From: Candidatus Woykebacteria bacterium
GTDB lineage: Bacteria > Patescibacteriota > Microgenomatia > Woykebacterales > RBG-16-39-9b
DNA: 64,000 nt
NCBI GenBank assembly: GCA_040876345.1
Contig: JBBDPM010000006.1
Span: 6,803 to 70,802, forward strand
Direction: 5' to 3'
Under the pieces are notes generated by a model. That model made no database searches and was not told where the DNA came from. It saw only the letters and a program-made list of their open reading frames with translations. Positions within the stretch are counted from its first letter, which is position 1, and each line of letters opens with the position of its first letter. Shown piece by piece: positions 28,671 through 40,303 of the stretch. Position numbers and translations under genes: made by a program.

Positions 28671-29390
28671 CTAGTTTGCCGTAATTTGGCCTGATTTATC
28701 CACAGTTACAGAATGGGTTGTAGTACCTTCTGTAAGCGAAATTACGGCCCGACGACAATTTGGATACGTTATGTCACTTATTAACGTCGCAGTAATAAGA
28801 TCGATGGTACCATAGTAGAATTGTATATCCCGAAGAGACTTGAAATTTATTACTAAAATGTCGCCTGCTGTATACCCACAATCTGTACCATCAGATTTTG
28901 TTACGCTGATAGAGCTAACTTTAACATTCGGCGGTAGTTTCACTATATCTGTTGGGCCCCCTTGAATATCCCCAGGTGGGGTTCCTGGGGCGGGTGTACA
29001 AGCCTGGGCTCGATTGTATTTTATTGAGGTGGGCAACGTGGATTTATCAAAGGCTAAGTAGTGCCCGCGAAGATTATAATCGTCAATACTGTCCGATAAA
29101 GCGGCTCCGCTACTATTATAGGCGTCCGTTTTGCAACTTTGGTGCTTAAGCCCAGATACAGCTCTGTTTTGGGATTCGCGAAACTTGGATTTTAGTTCTG
29201 AAGCACCCCTAGCCACGTTTTGCCCCCGATTAAAGCTGTTATAAGCTGCCACCGCTCCACCAGTAAGAAGACCAATAATCGCAACTACAACAAGAAGCTC
29301 GATAAGCGTGAAGCCTTGGGAAAAATTAGGAACTATAAATGAGAAATGAGATTCAGTCTTTTTTGAATTATATTTCGGGGCAGAGAGCAT
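28671..29390 (-). CDS. Type IV prepilin-like protein (GFTLIELLVVVAIIGLL)
   Basis: Class III signal peptide motif. Confidence 0.8.
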   Translation of the reverse strand: MLSAPKYNSKKTESHFSFIVPNFSQGFTLIELLVVVAIIGLLTGGAVAAYNSFNRGQNVARGASELKSKFRESQNRAVSGLKHQSCKTDAYNSSGAALSDSIDDYNLRGHYLAFDKSTLPTSIKYNRAQACTPAPGTPPGDIQGGPTDIVKLPPNVKVSSISVTKSDGTDCGYTAGDILVINFKSLRDIQFYYGTIDLITATLISDITYPNCRRAVISLTEGTTTHSVTVDKSGQITAN

Positions 29391-29451
29391 AAATAAAGTG
29401 TAACAAAGAAGTAATATACATGCAACAAATCGCTAACCCCTCATCTCTAAT

Positions 29452-29955
29452 CTACTCATTGGAGACCTTGTAGTTGTATACATTATCCCCAGGCCAGTCG
29501 TGACAGTCTTCGTAGTTGTAAGTGGTGGAGCCCTCTGGTGGGTTCTCCAAAACAGCAAGTAGGACGTATGTATTTCTGTCTTTGTGGAGATAAAAATAGT
29601 CTTTACCCGTACCAGCATTAGCAGGGTCTTGGGGGATTCCACTCGGAAAGTATGGACTCAGAGCATCCTTAGCTTCAGGAATCGTTATCGTAACTATCCT
29701 ACCGCAAAAACCAACTTGCCCAGGCAACTCTCGGTTTTCTTCATAATAAGCTTCAAGAGCGTTTGCGATTTTTAATAAATCTTCTTTTCTATTATCATCA
29801 TTAAAATTTCTTAAAAAATAGACTGGAGTGTATTTGGAAAGATTAAAACTGGGATTATAAAAAGAATAAGCAGTCAAAGCTCCATATAGAAAAGCAACTA
29901 TTATTATTAACGAAATTATCCCTATTCCTTTTTGATTAATTCTAGTGAAATTCAT
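29452..29955 (-). CDS. Pilin-fold protein lacking canonical prepilin cleavage motif
   Basis: N-terminal TM plus a GspG-like block IANALEAYYEENRELPG. No G-F-T-L-I-E. Confidence 0.45.
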   Translation of the reverse strand: MNFTRINQKGIGIISLIIIVAFLYGALTAYSFYNPSFNLSKYTPVYFLRNFNDDNRKEDLLKIANALEAYYEENRELPGQVGFCGRIVTITIPEAKDALSPYFPSGIPQDPANAGTGKDYFYLHKDRNTYVLLAVLENPPEGSTTYNYEDCHDWPGDNVYNYKVSNE

Positions 29956-30449
29956 TAATCAGGGCAGATGAAATATTGGTAAGTAGTATCCCACCCCGTA
30001 GGGTTTTGGGCTACGCCCCCACATTTAGCAAATGTAGCCGTGTCTTCTGGGGTAGGGTATTGAAGTGTTACAGCGGCTCGATATTCCAAATCTGGTACAT
30101 TAATAGGGGCGGGGTAGTTTTCTCCTCTGTAAACCCAATCAGTACCACATGTTCCAGCGGGCAGTTGCCTTGTATAAGCAGTTACTAACTTTGTGGTTAA
30201 GTTTGTGCACTCAGCTGCTTGACTAGCGTTGTCTTTTGGATAATGTTGTGTTGCTGCCGATTGATTGTCATTAAAATAAAGTTGCAGAGCGTGTTTGAGC
30301 TCTTGCATCTCCTGCCTCTTTTTACTATCTCTTGCTTCTCCAATTAATCTGGCCGGATTTATAGCAATGACTGCAATAGTTACCAAAATCCCAATAATTG
30401 CGATAACCACCAAAAGCTCTATTAATGAGAAACCCTTTATATTCTTCAA
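29955..30449 (-). CDS. Type IV pilin (KGFSLIELLVVIAIIGIL)
   Basis: Class III signal; pilin alpha1 helix. Confidence 0.8.
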   Translation of the reverse strand: MKNIKGFSLIELLVVIAIIGILVTIAVIAINPARLIGEARDSKKRQEMQELKHALQLYFNDNQSAATQHYPKDNASQAAECTNLTTKLVTAYTRQLPAGTCGTDWVYRGENYPAPINVPDLEYRAAVTLQYPTPEDTATFAKCGGVAQNPTGWDTTYQYFICPD

Positions 30450-30502
30450 AAATATTCCCCCTTATACATATTATTTAATCCAAAAAATAGCTCTAATTAT
30501 CT

Positions 30503-30931
30503 CTACGGACATATATTAGCAGCTGGAACAACCCCCAAACTTGTTACTTGCCTATCTGATTGTCGATATATCCACCAGGTCGGAGGGTTAGTTGTTCTAC
30601 CTTGTTCCCAAACACAAATATCAGTGGTAGCACCAACTGCCGGTGTAAAATCAAAAGCGACTGTTGCAGCAAGTTGACCGTCTCCACCAGCACTACCTTC
30701 CACATCCGCCACAGAATTGCAATTGTCAAGGTTGCCGTTTTGCCGAGTTACACAACTGGTTAGCAAGGTACCAGACGCTCGTACGTTTGCTTGGGATCTT
30801 TGATCTGCAGCTTCCCGTAACCGCTCGGCTGGGTTAATGGCAACAACTATAATAACAACCAAAATTGCAATAATTGCGATTACGACCAAAAGCTCAATCA
30901 ATGTAAAACCTGCATCTTTCGCACTTGTCAT
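30503..30931 (-). CDS. pilA: Type IV pilin, probable major pilin (C-terminal Cys pair), tandem paralog
   Basis: AGFTLIELLVVIAIIAIL. C-terminal C...C (disulfide D-region). About 80% identical to the 30995 gene. Confidence 0.8.
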   Translation of the reverse strand: MTSAKDAGFTLIELLVVIAIIAILVVIIVVAINPAERLREAADQRSQANVRASGTLLTSCVTRQNGNLDNCNSVADVEGSAGGDGQLAATVAFDFTPAVGATTDICVWEQGRTTNPPTWWIYRQSDRQVTSLGVVPAANICP

Positions 30932-30994
30932 TTGAATTTAATAGCTACTAAGAACTAATAGCTATTAAATTGGGTGTTACCGCTATGATTAACC

Positions 30995-31447
30995 CTAAGG
31001 ACACGTATTAGCTGCAGGTGCAGCTGCCTGGACCAAGCTTCGAACCTGTCCATCTGAAGCCCGATATATCCACCAAGTTGATGCAGAAGTTGTTCTTCCC
31101 TGTTCAAATACACAAATGTCAGTTGTTGCACCAACTGCCGGTGTAAAATCAAAAGTAACTGTGGATGCAAGTTGGCCATCCCCACCAGCAGCAGCCTCAA
31201 CGTCAGTTTGACTATTACAGTTATCAAGGTTACCATTTTGGCGAGTTACACAAGTACTTAACAAAGTACCAGAAGAACGCACGTTGGAGGCTGCTCTTCT
31301 ATCGGCAGCTTCTCTAAGTCTTTCCGCCGGGTTAATGGCGACAACCACAATTACCACCAATATAGCAATAATGGCGATTACGACCAAAAGCTCGATAAGG
31401 GTGAAACCCTTTTGATCTCTTAATTTCGAGATTAATCTATCTTTCAA
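30995..31447 (-). CDS. pilA: Type IV pilin, probable major pilin, tandem paralog
   Basis: KGFTLIELLVVIAIIAIL. Same architecture as 30503-30931. Confidence 0.8.
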   Translation of the reverse strand: MKDRLISKLRDQKGFTLIELLVVIAIIAILVVIVVVAINPAERLREAADRRAASNVRSSGTLLSTCVTRQNGNLDNCNSQTDVEAAAGGDGQLASTVTFDFTPAVGATTDICVFEQGRTTSASTWWIYRASDGQVRSLVQAAAPAANTCP

Positions 31448-31550
31448 GAGTATTCACCCCCTTTCGAAGAAATACAGAGTATTTCAGTAAAATTGTTAGT
31501 TTTATTGGGGAAATAAAATACTTGTGGGCCGAGTTTTTGTTCATCTGGGT

Positions 31551-32336
31551 CTAGTAAATCCTTAGATACCACTCTAACACCTGCTGTCCCCAGAGTAGAG
31601 CAATAAGGGCTCCAATAGACAAGAAGGGACCAAAGGGCACCGTTTGCCCAATCCTTCTTCTCCCTACAATTATAAGTATAATTGACGCTAATGCCCCTGT
31701 CAAGAAGGCCAAAAACAACCCAATTAAAAGCTTACTAATTCCAAGGGCTAAACCTAAAAATAAGGCGTATTTCACGTCCCCTCCACCCATACCCTTACCA
31801 CGGGTAATTAAAACTAGAGCGTAGAAGAAGGCGCCTGCTATAAGTCCGGCCAAAATGTCATAAAAGAGCTGGGAGGCAAGTGATAAGAAAAGAAAAATTA
31901 TCTTAAAAGCAAAGACAATCGCGATAGAGGGGAGAATTACTTTGTCGGGGATGAGACCATCCTTTATATCCGTGATAAAGATTATAATTAAGACCGAAGT
32001 TACGAATAGAACATAAGCAAGATTAAGATATTGGACCTGGGAAGTTGGATGTAAGATGTAAAATGCTAGAGAAAATAGAAATACAGTGGAGAGCTCGACC
32101 AAAGGATACTGAACAGAGATCTTTTTTTTACAATAGTGGCACTTCCCCTTCAAAAAAACAAAACTTAAAATCGGGACGAGATCGACTGTTCCGAGATTGT
32201 GTTTACAGTGCGGGCAACGAGAACGGTCCACGAAAATCGATCCACCATGGATTGAGCGGTAGGCGACGACGTTGAGAAAAGATCCCACACAAGCGCCTAG
32301 GATAAAAGTTATTACCAAAGATGATAGGATTGTCAT
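31551..32336 (-). CDS. pilD: Prepilin peptidase (A24 family) with N-terminal CxxC...CxxC
   Basis: Polytopic membrane protein with Zn-finger CPHCKH...CHYCKK and catalytic Asp context. Confidence 0.85.
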   Translation of the reverse strand: MTILSSLVITFILGACVGSFLNVVAYRSIHGGSIFVDRSRCPHCKHNLGTVDLVPILSFVFLKGKCHYCKKKISVQYPLVELSTVFLFSLAFYILHPTSQVQYLNLAYVLFVTSVLIIIFITDIKDGLIPDKVILPSIAIVFAFKIIFLFLSLASQLFYDILAGLIAGAFFYALVLITRGKGMGGGDVKYALFLGLALGISKLLIGLFLAFLTGALASIILIIVGRRRIGQTVPFGPFLSIGALIALLWGQQVLEWYLRIY

Positions 32337-32339
32337 CGA

Positions 32340-33539
32340 TTAAAAGGCCGAGGTGATGTTGTAGATCGGCAAGATAATTGATATAACAAGGCCGGCTACC
32401 ATAATACCCAGCACAATCATAATTATTGGCTCGAGCGCAGTGGTAAGGTTTTTAACTTGGTGCTCAACCTCAAGTTCATAATAAGTTGAAACTTTGTTTA
32501 AAACTTCATCCATTTTACCTGTCTCTTCACCCACTGCTATCATCTGTGGCATTAAGGGTGGGAACGTTTGATCCTGGGAAATTGCTTTTGAAAGTTGGGC
32601 CCCTTTTTCAACCAAGGTTGTAGCTCTACTAATTGCTTGCCGGTGAATAGCGTTGGAGGCAACATTTCCGGAAATTTTTAAAGCTTCGAGTATAGGAACT
32701 CCAGCTCCAACTAACGCGCCAAGAGTTCTAGTCAGCTCCGTAAGAGATGAATCCCTGTTTAGCTTCCCGAAAATCGGCACTTTAAGGAGCAGCTTATCAA
32801 TAACTAGTGATCCTTGAGGAGTTTTACGATAACGCCTTAGTGCCGAGAACCCAACCACACCCAGTATTATTACTAGCCACCAAAACCGGATCATAAAATC
32901 ACTAACGAAGATTAATATCACCGTTGGTAAAGGCAGAGAGATATCCAAGTCTGTGTAAAGTTCGGTAAGTTTTGGAACAACGAAAATAAGGATTATCACT
33001 GCAACCATTGTCATCGCCACCATGATAATAATCGGGTAAACAAAGGCGCCTTTAACTTTGCTTTGAAACTCTCTGTCCTTCTCCAGAGTATTTGCTAAAT
33101 TTAGTAGTACCTGATCAAGTGTCCCGGAACTCTCGCCGGCCCTGACAATATTTATATACGCTATCGAAAAAACACCAGAATGTTTAGATAAGGAGTCAGC
33201 AAACGTAGAGCCCCCTTGGATGTCCTCGGCTATTTCCTTAATTACTTCTCTAAATTTTTCCTTCTCTGTTTGCTTTTGTAATATCACCAAAGAATCTGTA
33301 AGAGGAAGACCGGAAGTGATCATTGTAGCAAGTTGCCTAGTGAAGTTAGCGATGTCACCAATTTTTACGCCGCCAAAAAAACTAAAGCTTGAAATTCCGG
33401 CTTTGTTAGCTTCTATACTTACAACAACATAACCCCGGTCGTGAAGAATTGAAGCTGCCGCTCTTGTCGTAGCCGCCTCTATAAGACCTTCTTTAGTAGC
33501 TCCTTTTAAATCTCTTACAACGTATTTAAACTGTTCCAT
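32340..33539 (-). CDS. pilC: Type IV pilus platform protein PilC (GspF family)
   Basis: Duplicated GspF domains; three TM segments. Confidence 0.85.
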   Translation of the reverse strand: MEQFKYVVRDLKGATKEGLIEAATTRAAASILHDRGYVVVSIEANKAGISSFSFFGGVKIGDIANFTRQLATMITSGLPLTDSLVILQKQTEKEKFREVIKEIAEDIQGGSTFADSLSKHSGVFSIAYINIVRAGESSGTLDQVLLNLANTLEKDREFQSKVKGAFVYPIIIMVAMTMVAVIILIFVVPKLTELYTDLDISLPLPTVILIFVSDFMIRFWWLVIILGVVGFSALRRYRKTPQGSLVIDKLLLKVPIFGKLNRDSSLTELTRTLGALVGAGVPILEALKISGNVASNAIHRQAISRATTLVEKGAQLSKAISQDQTFPPLMPQMIAVGEETGKMDEVLNKVSTYYELEVEHQVKNLTTALEPIIMIVLGIMVAGLVISIILPIYNITSAF

Positions 33540-33581
33540 AATTAATTGGCCACTCGGTGGTTACTCACCATTAACTAATTT

Positions 33582-34646
33582 CTACTTTTCTCCTTTTTTA
33601 ACTTCACGCATCAGCTCCTCACTCTTCAAACTGTAAGAAAGGGCAGTCTCCAAGGAGATTTTTCCACCCTTTATGAGCGTGGCCAGCGAGTTCTCCAGGG
33701 TTATCATGCCGATTTGAGAAGAAGTCTGGATTACATTATCGATAAGATGCGTTTTTCCCTCTCGGACTACATTACGAACAGCTGAAGTAGCTAGCAATAT
33801 CTCGAGAGCAGGGTAGCGACCACCAGCGGTAGCCGGGACCAATCTCATCGAAATTATCGCTTCAATCACATTAGAAAGCTGAAGTCTTATTTGATCTTGC
33901 TGATTTTCGGGGAAAACGCCGACGATACGATCAACTGTTTGGGCAGCCGAATTTGTATGCAAGGTGGCAAAAACTAAATGCCCAGTCTCCGCTATTGTCA
34001 GAGCTGCCTCAATCGTCTCGTAATCTCGCATCTCACCAACCAATACAACATCTGGGTCCTCCCGCAAAACACTGCGCAAGGCAATCTCCCAAGAGTGAGT
34101 ATCTAGGTGCATTTCTCGCTGGGCAATTAACGCTTTTTTGGACGGATAAACATATTCAATCGGGTCCTCAACGGTAAGTATGTGAACAGATCTTGTCTGG
34201 TTAATCTCATTTAGAATCGATGCGATTGAAGTAGACTTTCCGTGCCCGGTCGGGCCCGTTAGTAATATAAATCCCTGTCTGAGTTTTGAAAAATTACTCA
34301 GAACTTTGGGCAAGTGCAGCTCATCTAAGCTAGGTATTCGGGAAGGAATCAGTCTCAGAGCAGCTGATAAATAACCCTTTTGGTAAAAAGCATTGACTCT
34401 AAATCTTGCTAGCTGCCCCAGGGCGAATGAGAAATCTATCTCTTTGTTGGTCATTAAAAGCTCTTTTTGCTCTGGTGTGCAGAGCGAAAGGACAAGTTTT
34501 TCAATGTAATCAGGCGTTGGCGAACCAGCTCTTGTTAGAGGAGTGAGCTTACTATCAATACGCAAAGTGGGGTAAACACCTACCATTAGGTGCACATCGC
34601 TTGCCCCACGCCTAAGTGCTTCTTCTAAAATTTCTTGTATTCCCAT
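33582..34646 (-). CDS. pilT: Twitching motility retraction ATPase PilT
   Basis: GPTGHGKST Walker A, His-box ATLHT, about 350 aa without an N-terminal GSPII domain. Confidence 0.85.
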   Translation of the reverse strand: MGIQEILEEALRRGASDVHLMVGVYPTLRIDSKLTPLTRAGSPTPDYIEKLVLSLCTPEQKELLMTNKEIDFSFALGQLARFRVNAFYQKGYLSAALRLIPSRIPSLDELHLPKVLSNFSKLRQGFILLTGPTGHGKSTSIASILNEINQTRSVHILTVEDPIEYVYPSKKALIAQREMHLDTHSWEIALRSVLREDPDVVLVGEMRDYETIEAALTIAETGHLVFATLHTNSAAQTVDRIVGVFPENQQDQIRLQLSNVIEAIISMRLVPATAGGRYPALEILLATSAVRNVVREGKTHLIDNVIQTSSQIGMITLENSLATLIKGGKISLETALSYSLKSEELMREVKKGEK

Positions 34647-34754
34647 AGTGCACTCCTTTCAGTTACTTATAGTTATAGGATCTAAGATTTATGATTTAGG
34701 ATTTGCATACAGTTCTTATTGTGATTAAAATCCTACATCCTAAATCCCATATCC

Positions 34755-36530
34755 TCATTCAATCGCAACTCTAAGAACTTCCTCGACCGTTGTTATACCT
34801 TCGATTACCTTCAAGTAGCCGTCTTGAGGAACTGTCACCATCCCTTCTTCAATGGCTAGCTTTTCAATTTCATTTGAAGGAGCTCTTTCAAGAATAAGCT
34901 TACCAATTTTATCGGTAATAGAAAGTACTTCATAAATACCAATTCTTCCTAGATAACCAGAATCGCCACACTTGTCGCACCCTTCCCCTTTAAAAAGCTT
35001 GAGTTTCTGATTATCTTCAAGTTCATGGATATCTTTTTGTTCCTCGGGGGATAATTTTTGAACTATAGCTTTGTTTTTAACAAGATTGCCTAAAATTTTC
35101 TGAATATCTTCAACTGCCTGGGCTGGAGCATCATACTCCTTTTTACAATGTTCGCAGATTTTACGAACAACTCTTTGAGCAACAACAGCTGTCATGGAGG
35201 AGGCGATTAGAAAGGTCTCCATACCCATGTCTAAAAGCCGGGGTAGGGCACCAGAAGCGCTGCTTGTGTGTAGAGTAGAAAAGACTAAGTGCCCGGTTAA
35301 AGATGCTTGTATTGCAAGGCCAGCCGTTTCAGAATCCCGAATTTCTCCAACCATTATTACGTTCGGGTCTTGCCGCAGAAAACTCCTAAGGCCGGAAGCA
35401 AAAGTAAGACCAGCTAATGGATTAATCTGGACCTGGTTTACACCTGGGATTTGATATTCAACTGGATCTTCCAAAGTAACTATGTTTACCCGAGGAGAGT
35501 TTATTTTAGAAAGAGCCGCAAAAAGAGTGGTGGTTTTACCAGATCCAGTTGGCCCAGTTATAAGAATGATGCCGTTGGGTCGAACAATACCTTGTTCAAA
35601 GGCTCGCAGGGCCGTACCCCGCAGCCCCAGCTCTTGCAAAGTTGGAGCTTGCCCGGCTTTGGGCAAAAGTCTCATCACAATTTTTTCCCCGTGAACAGTC
35701 GGCAAGGTAGAAACACGCAAATCAACTATTTTATCTCCAAGTTTGAATGTGAACCTACCGTCTTGCGGAATTCTTTTCTCATCAATCTTCATGTTGGAAA
35801 GAATTTTTATTCTTGAAACTAGGGCATCATGCACTTTAGTTGGTAGGAAAAGCCTCTCTTGCAAAACACCGTCTATTCGATACCTCACCCGAGTTCTATC
35901 CTCTGAAGGCTCAACATGAATGTCGCTTGCCCGACCCTTCATTGCGTATTCCACCAAAGTTGAGGCAATCTTTGCAACTGGAGCTTCTTTAATAACTTCC
36001 TCAACCTTTTCCAAGTCTTTAATTTCTTCCTTTGCCTCGACTGTCGCTTCCTGTTCCTCCAAAGCCTGGGAAACTTCCGTGGTCAAACTTTGCCCATATT
36101 TGTCTTGAATTGCCTGGCTAATTAAAGCCGGGGTCGATATAAAAGGCTTAATTTTCTTGGCGCTTTTTCGCTCAATAAACTCAATTACCTGCAGATCGAG
36201 AGGGTCGGCCATAGCAACCGAGAGTGTACCAGTGGATTTATCATATTCAAAGGGGATAAGTACGTAACGACGGGCAACCGGCTCGGGGATAAGTTGCAAA
36301 ACTTCGGCGTTTATAGGTTTGGTAGTTGGGTTGATATACGAGATCCCAAGCAGCTCACCTCTAGCCGCGGTTAGATCTTCCAGGGTAACGAAGTTATGCT
36401 CGAGAAGAAGTTCCTCAACGGATTTTCCAGTGTTCAGAGATTCAAGCTTTACCAAAGAAACTTTTTCTTGCGGAAGTTTACCTTGTTCAAATAAAACGTC
36501 TTCAACGCCTTTGTCTGTTATTGTTGCCAT
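34755..36530 (-). CDS. pilB: Type IV pilus assembly ATPase PilB (GspE family)
   Basis: N-terminal GSPII domain, GPTGSGKTTT Walker A, CxxC tetracysteine motif. Confidence 0.88.
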   Translation of the reverse strand: MATITDKGVEDVLFEQGKLPQEKVSLVKLESLNTGKSVEELLLEHNFVTLEDLTAARGELLGISYINPTTKPINAEVLQLIPEPVARRYVLIPFEYDKSTGTLSVAMADPLDLQVIEFIERKSAKKIKPFISTPALISQAIQDKYGQSLTTEVSQALEEQEATVEAKEEIKDLEKVEEVIKEAPVAKIASTLVEYAMKGRASDIHVEPSEDRTRVRYRIDGVLQERLFLPTKVHDALVSRIKILSNMKIDEKRIPQDGRFTFKLGDKIVDLRVSTLPTVHGEKIVMRLLPKAGQAPTLQELGLRGTALRAFEQGIVRPNGIILITGPTGSGKTTTLFAALSKINSPRVNIVTLEDPVEYQIPGVNQVQINPLAGLTFASGLRSFLRQDPNVIMVGEIRDSETAGLAIQASLTGHLVFSTLHTSSASGALPRLLDMGMETFLIASSMTAVVAQRVVRKICEHCKKEYDAPAQAVEDIQKILGNLVKNKAIVQKLSPEEQKDIHELEDNQKLKLFKGEGCDKCGDSGYLGRIGIYEVLSITDKIGKLILERAPSNEIEKLAIEEGMVTVPQDGYLKVIEGITTVEEVLRVAIE

Positions 36531-36601
36531 TTGAGCAGATTTATCAAAGTCTATCTACTATTTTACGGTTAGCATCAGTATAATGTCAATCGCAAAGTTA
36601 C

Positions 36602-39213
<2,612 letters not shown>

Positions 39214-39339
39214 AAACCCCAAGGTGCCCTAACTAGCCCACCTCTAAGGTGTGATTATGCGCCCGAAGAGAAAACTTAATTAAACGTCCAAATTTCCCAA
39301 AAATATTACCTCATAGTAACGAATCGGCTGGGTCTGTGT

Positions 39340-39382
39340 TATAATACGTTCGCCAACGGCTCTGGACGTTCCTAGGAACGTT
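39340..39382 (+). promoter_or_regulatory. -10 TATAAT followed by three ACGTTC half-sites, including a 16-bp perfect palindrome ACGTTCCTAGGAACGT (39366-39381)
   Basis: Palindrome read directly. It sits about 100 nt upstream of the island ORF at 39480, overlapping the putative transcription-start region. Confidence 0.5.
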
Positions 39383-39479
39383 ACGGATACTAGTTAGGTA
39401 ACGGAAAGGAGAGCCGAAAACTGAATAGTAGGACAGGAACCTAGCCCGTCGCGCACGATGGAGTAGAAGGAGAAGAAAA

Positions 39480-40007
39480 GTGCGACAACTAGCCGAACTT
39501 CCCACAATCAGCATGAATACCTTTCGGATTGTCGGCCTTGAATGGGCTGGTAGTGACGAAAGGGCATCCGAGTTCACAAAAAGCGTCCTTAAGCGCCTTG
39601 CGGGTGGCGAAAACCCCCAAATCGCGATCTTTCTGGAACGGGTTTTCGAGCGTTTTAGGAACCGGGATGGGTTTCCAATGAACGCAACCTTGCTCTACGC
39701 ATGCAGCGTCTACCGGATGCTTGAAGTCGAAGCCCAAGGACAACTGCCGGTTGTGTCAACCGACACCGGAGCACCAATCCAGGTAGAGTATCTGCGTGAT
39801 CCAGAAGGATTCTACGCTAAACTCGTCATGGAAGTTGAGAAGAAGAATCCAGTTGTTCTGGAATCAGTTCTTCTTATAAACGTGTGGTACGCCCTTGCGG
39901 GAGATCTTGCCTCCGCAGCGGAAATACCACGTCCCGGACTGGCGCTTTACAAGATGCTCGAGAGCCAAATAGAATCAAATAGGCTCTCGGAATCTCTCGG
40001 CTATTAA
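39480..40007 (+). CDS. Hypothetical 175-aa protein on the GC-rich island between gyrB and gyrA
   Basis: GTG start with GAAGGAG 8 nt upstream. Followed by a terminator-like hairpin ACGA-GGGG-TCGT plus T-run near 40185. Confidence 0.5.
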   Translation: MRQLAELPTISMNTFRIVGLEWAGSDERASEFTKSVLKRLAGGENPQIAIFLERVFERFRNRDGFPMNATLLYACSVYRMLEVEAQGQLPVVSTDTGAPIQVEYLRDPEGFYAKLVMEVEKKNPVVLESVLLINVWYALAGDLASAAEIPRPGLALYKMLESQIESNRLSESLGY

Positions 40008-40266
40008 CGTCTACCTGTACCTTTCCTGTACCTCTACCAAAGGAGAGGGTTAAGATACAACTAGTTAGTATTAGTTGTGTTATCAGGCAGATTGATACCC
40101 GTTATAAAAAACGGGGCTGCCTAACCTAAGCAAATCAATTCGTTGGTTTTCTTAGGGGGAAAAATGACCCCAATTAGCATAAAGCTACGAGGGGTCGTTT
40201 TTCTTTTCTATCCGCTAAAAAGCTTTCAAATATTTAACTAACCTAACTTTCAAGCAACCACCAATC

Positions 40267-40295
40267 TTGCCACGCTCTATAAAACCATATATAAT
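40267..40295 (+). promoter_or_regulatory. gyrA promoter TTGCCA-17-TATAAT, leaderless transcript
   Basis: -10 ends 8 nt before the gyrA ATG at 40304. Confidence 0.55.
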
Positions 40296-40303
40296 ACTTC
40301 TTC

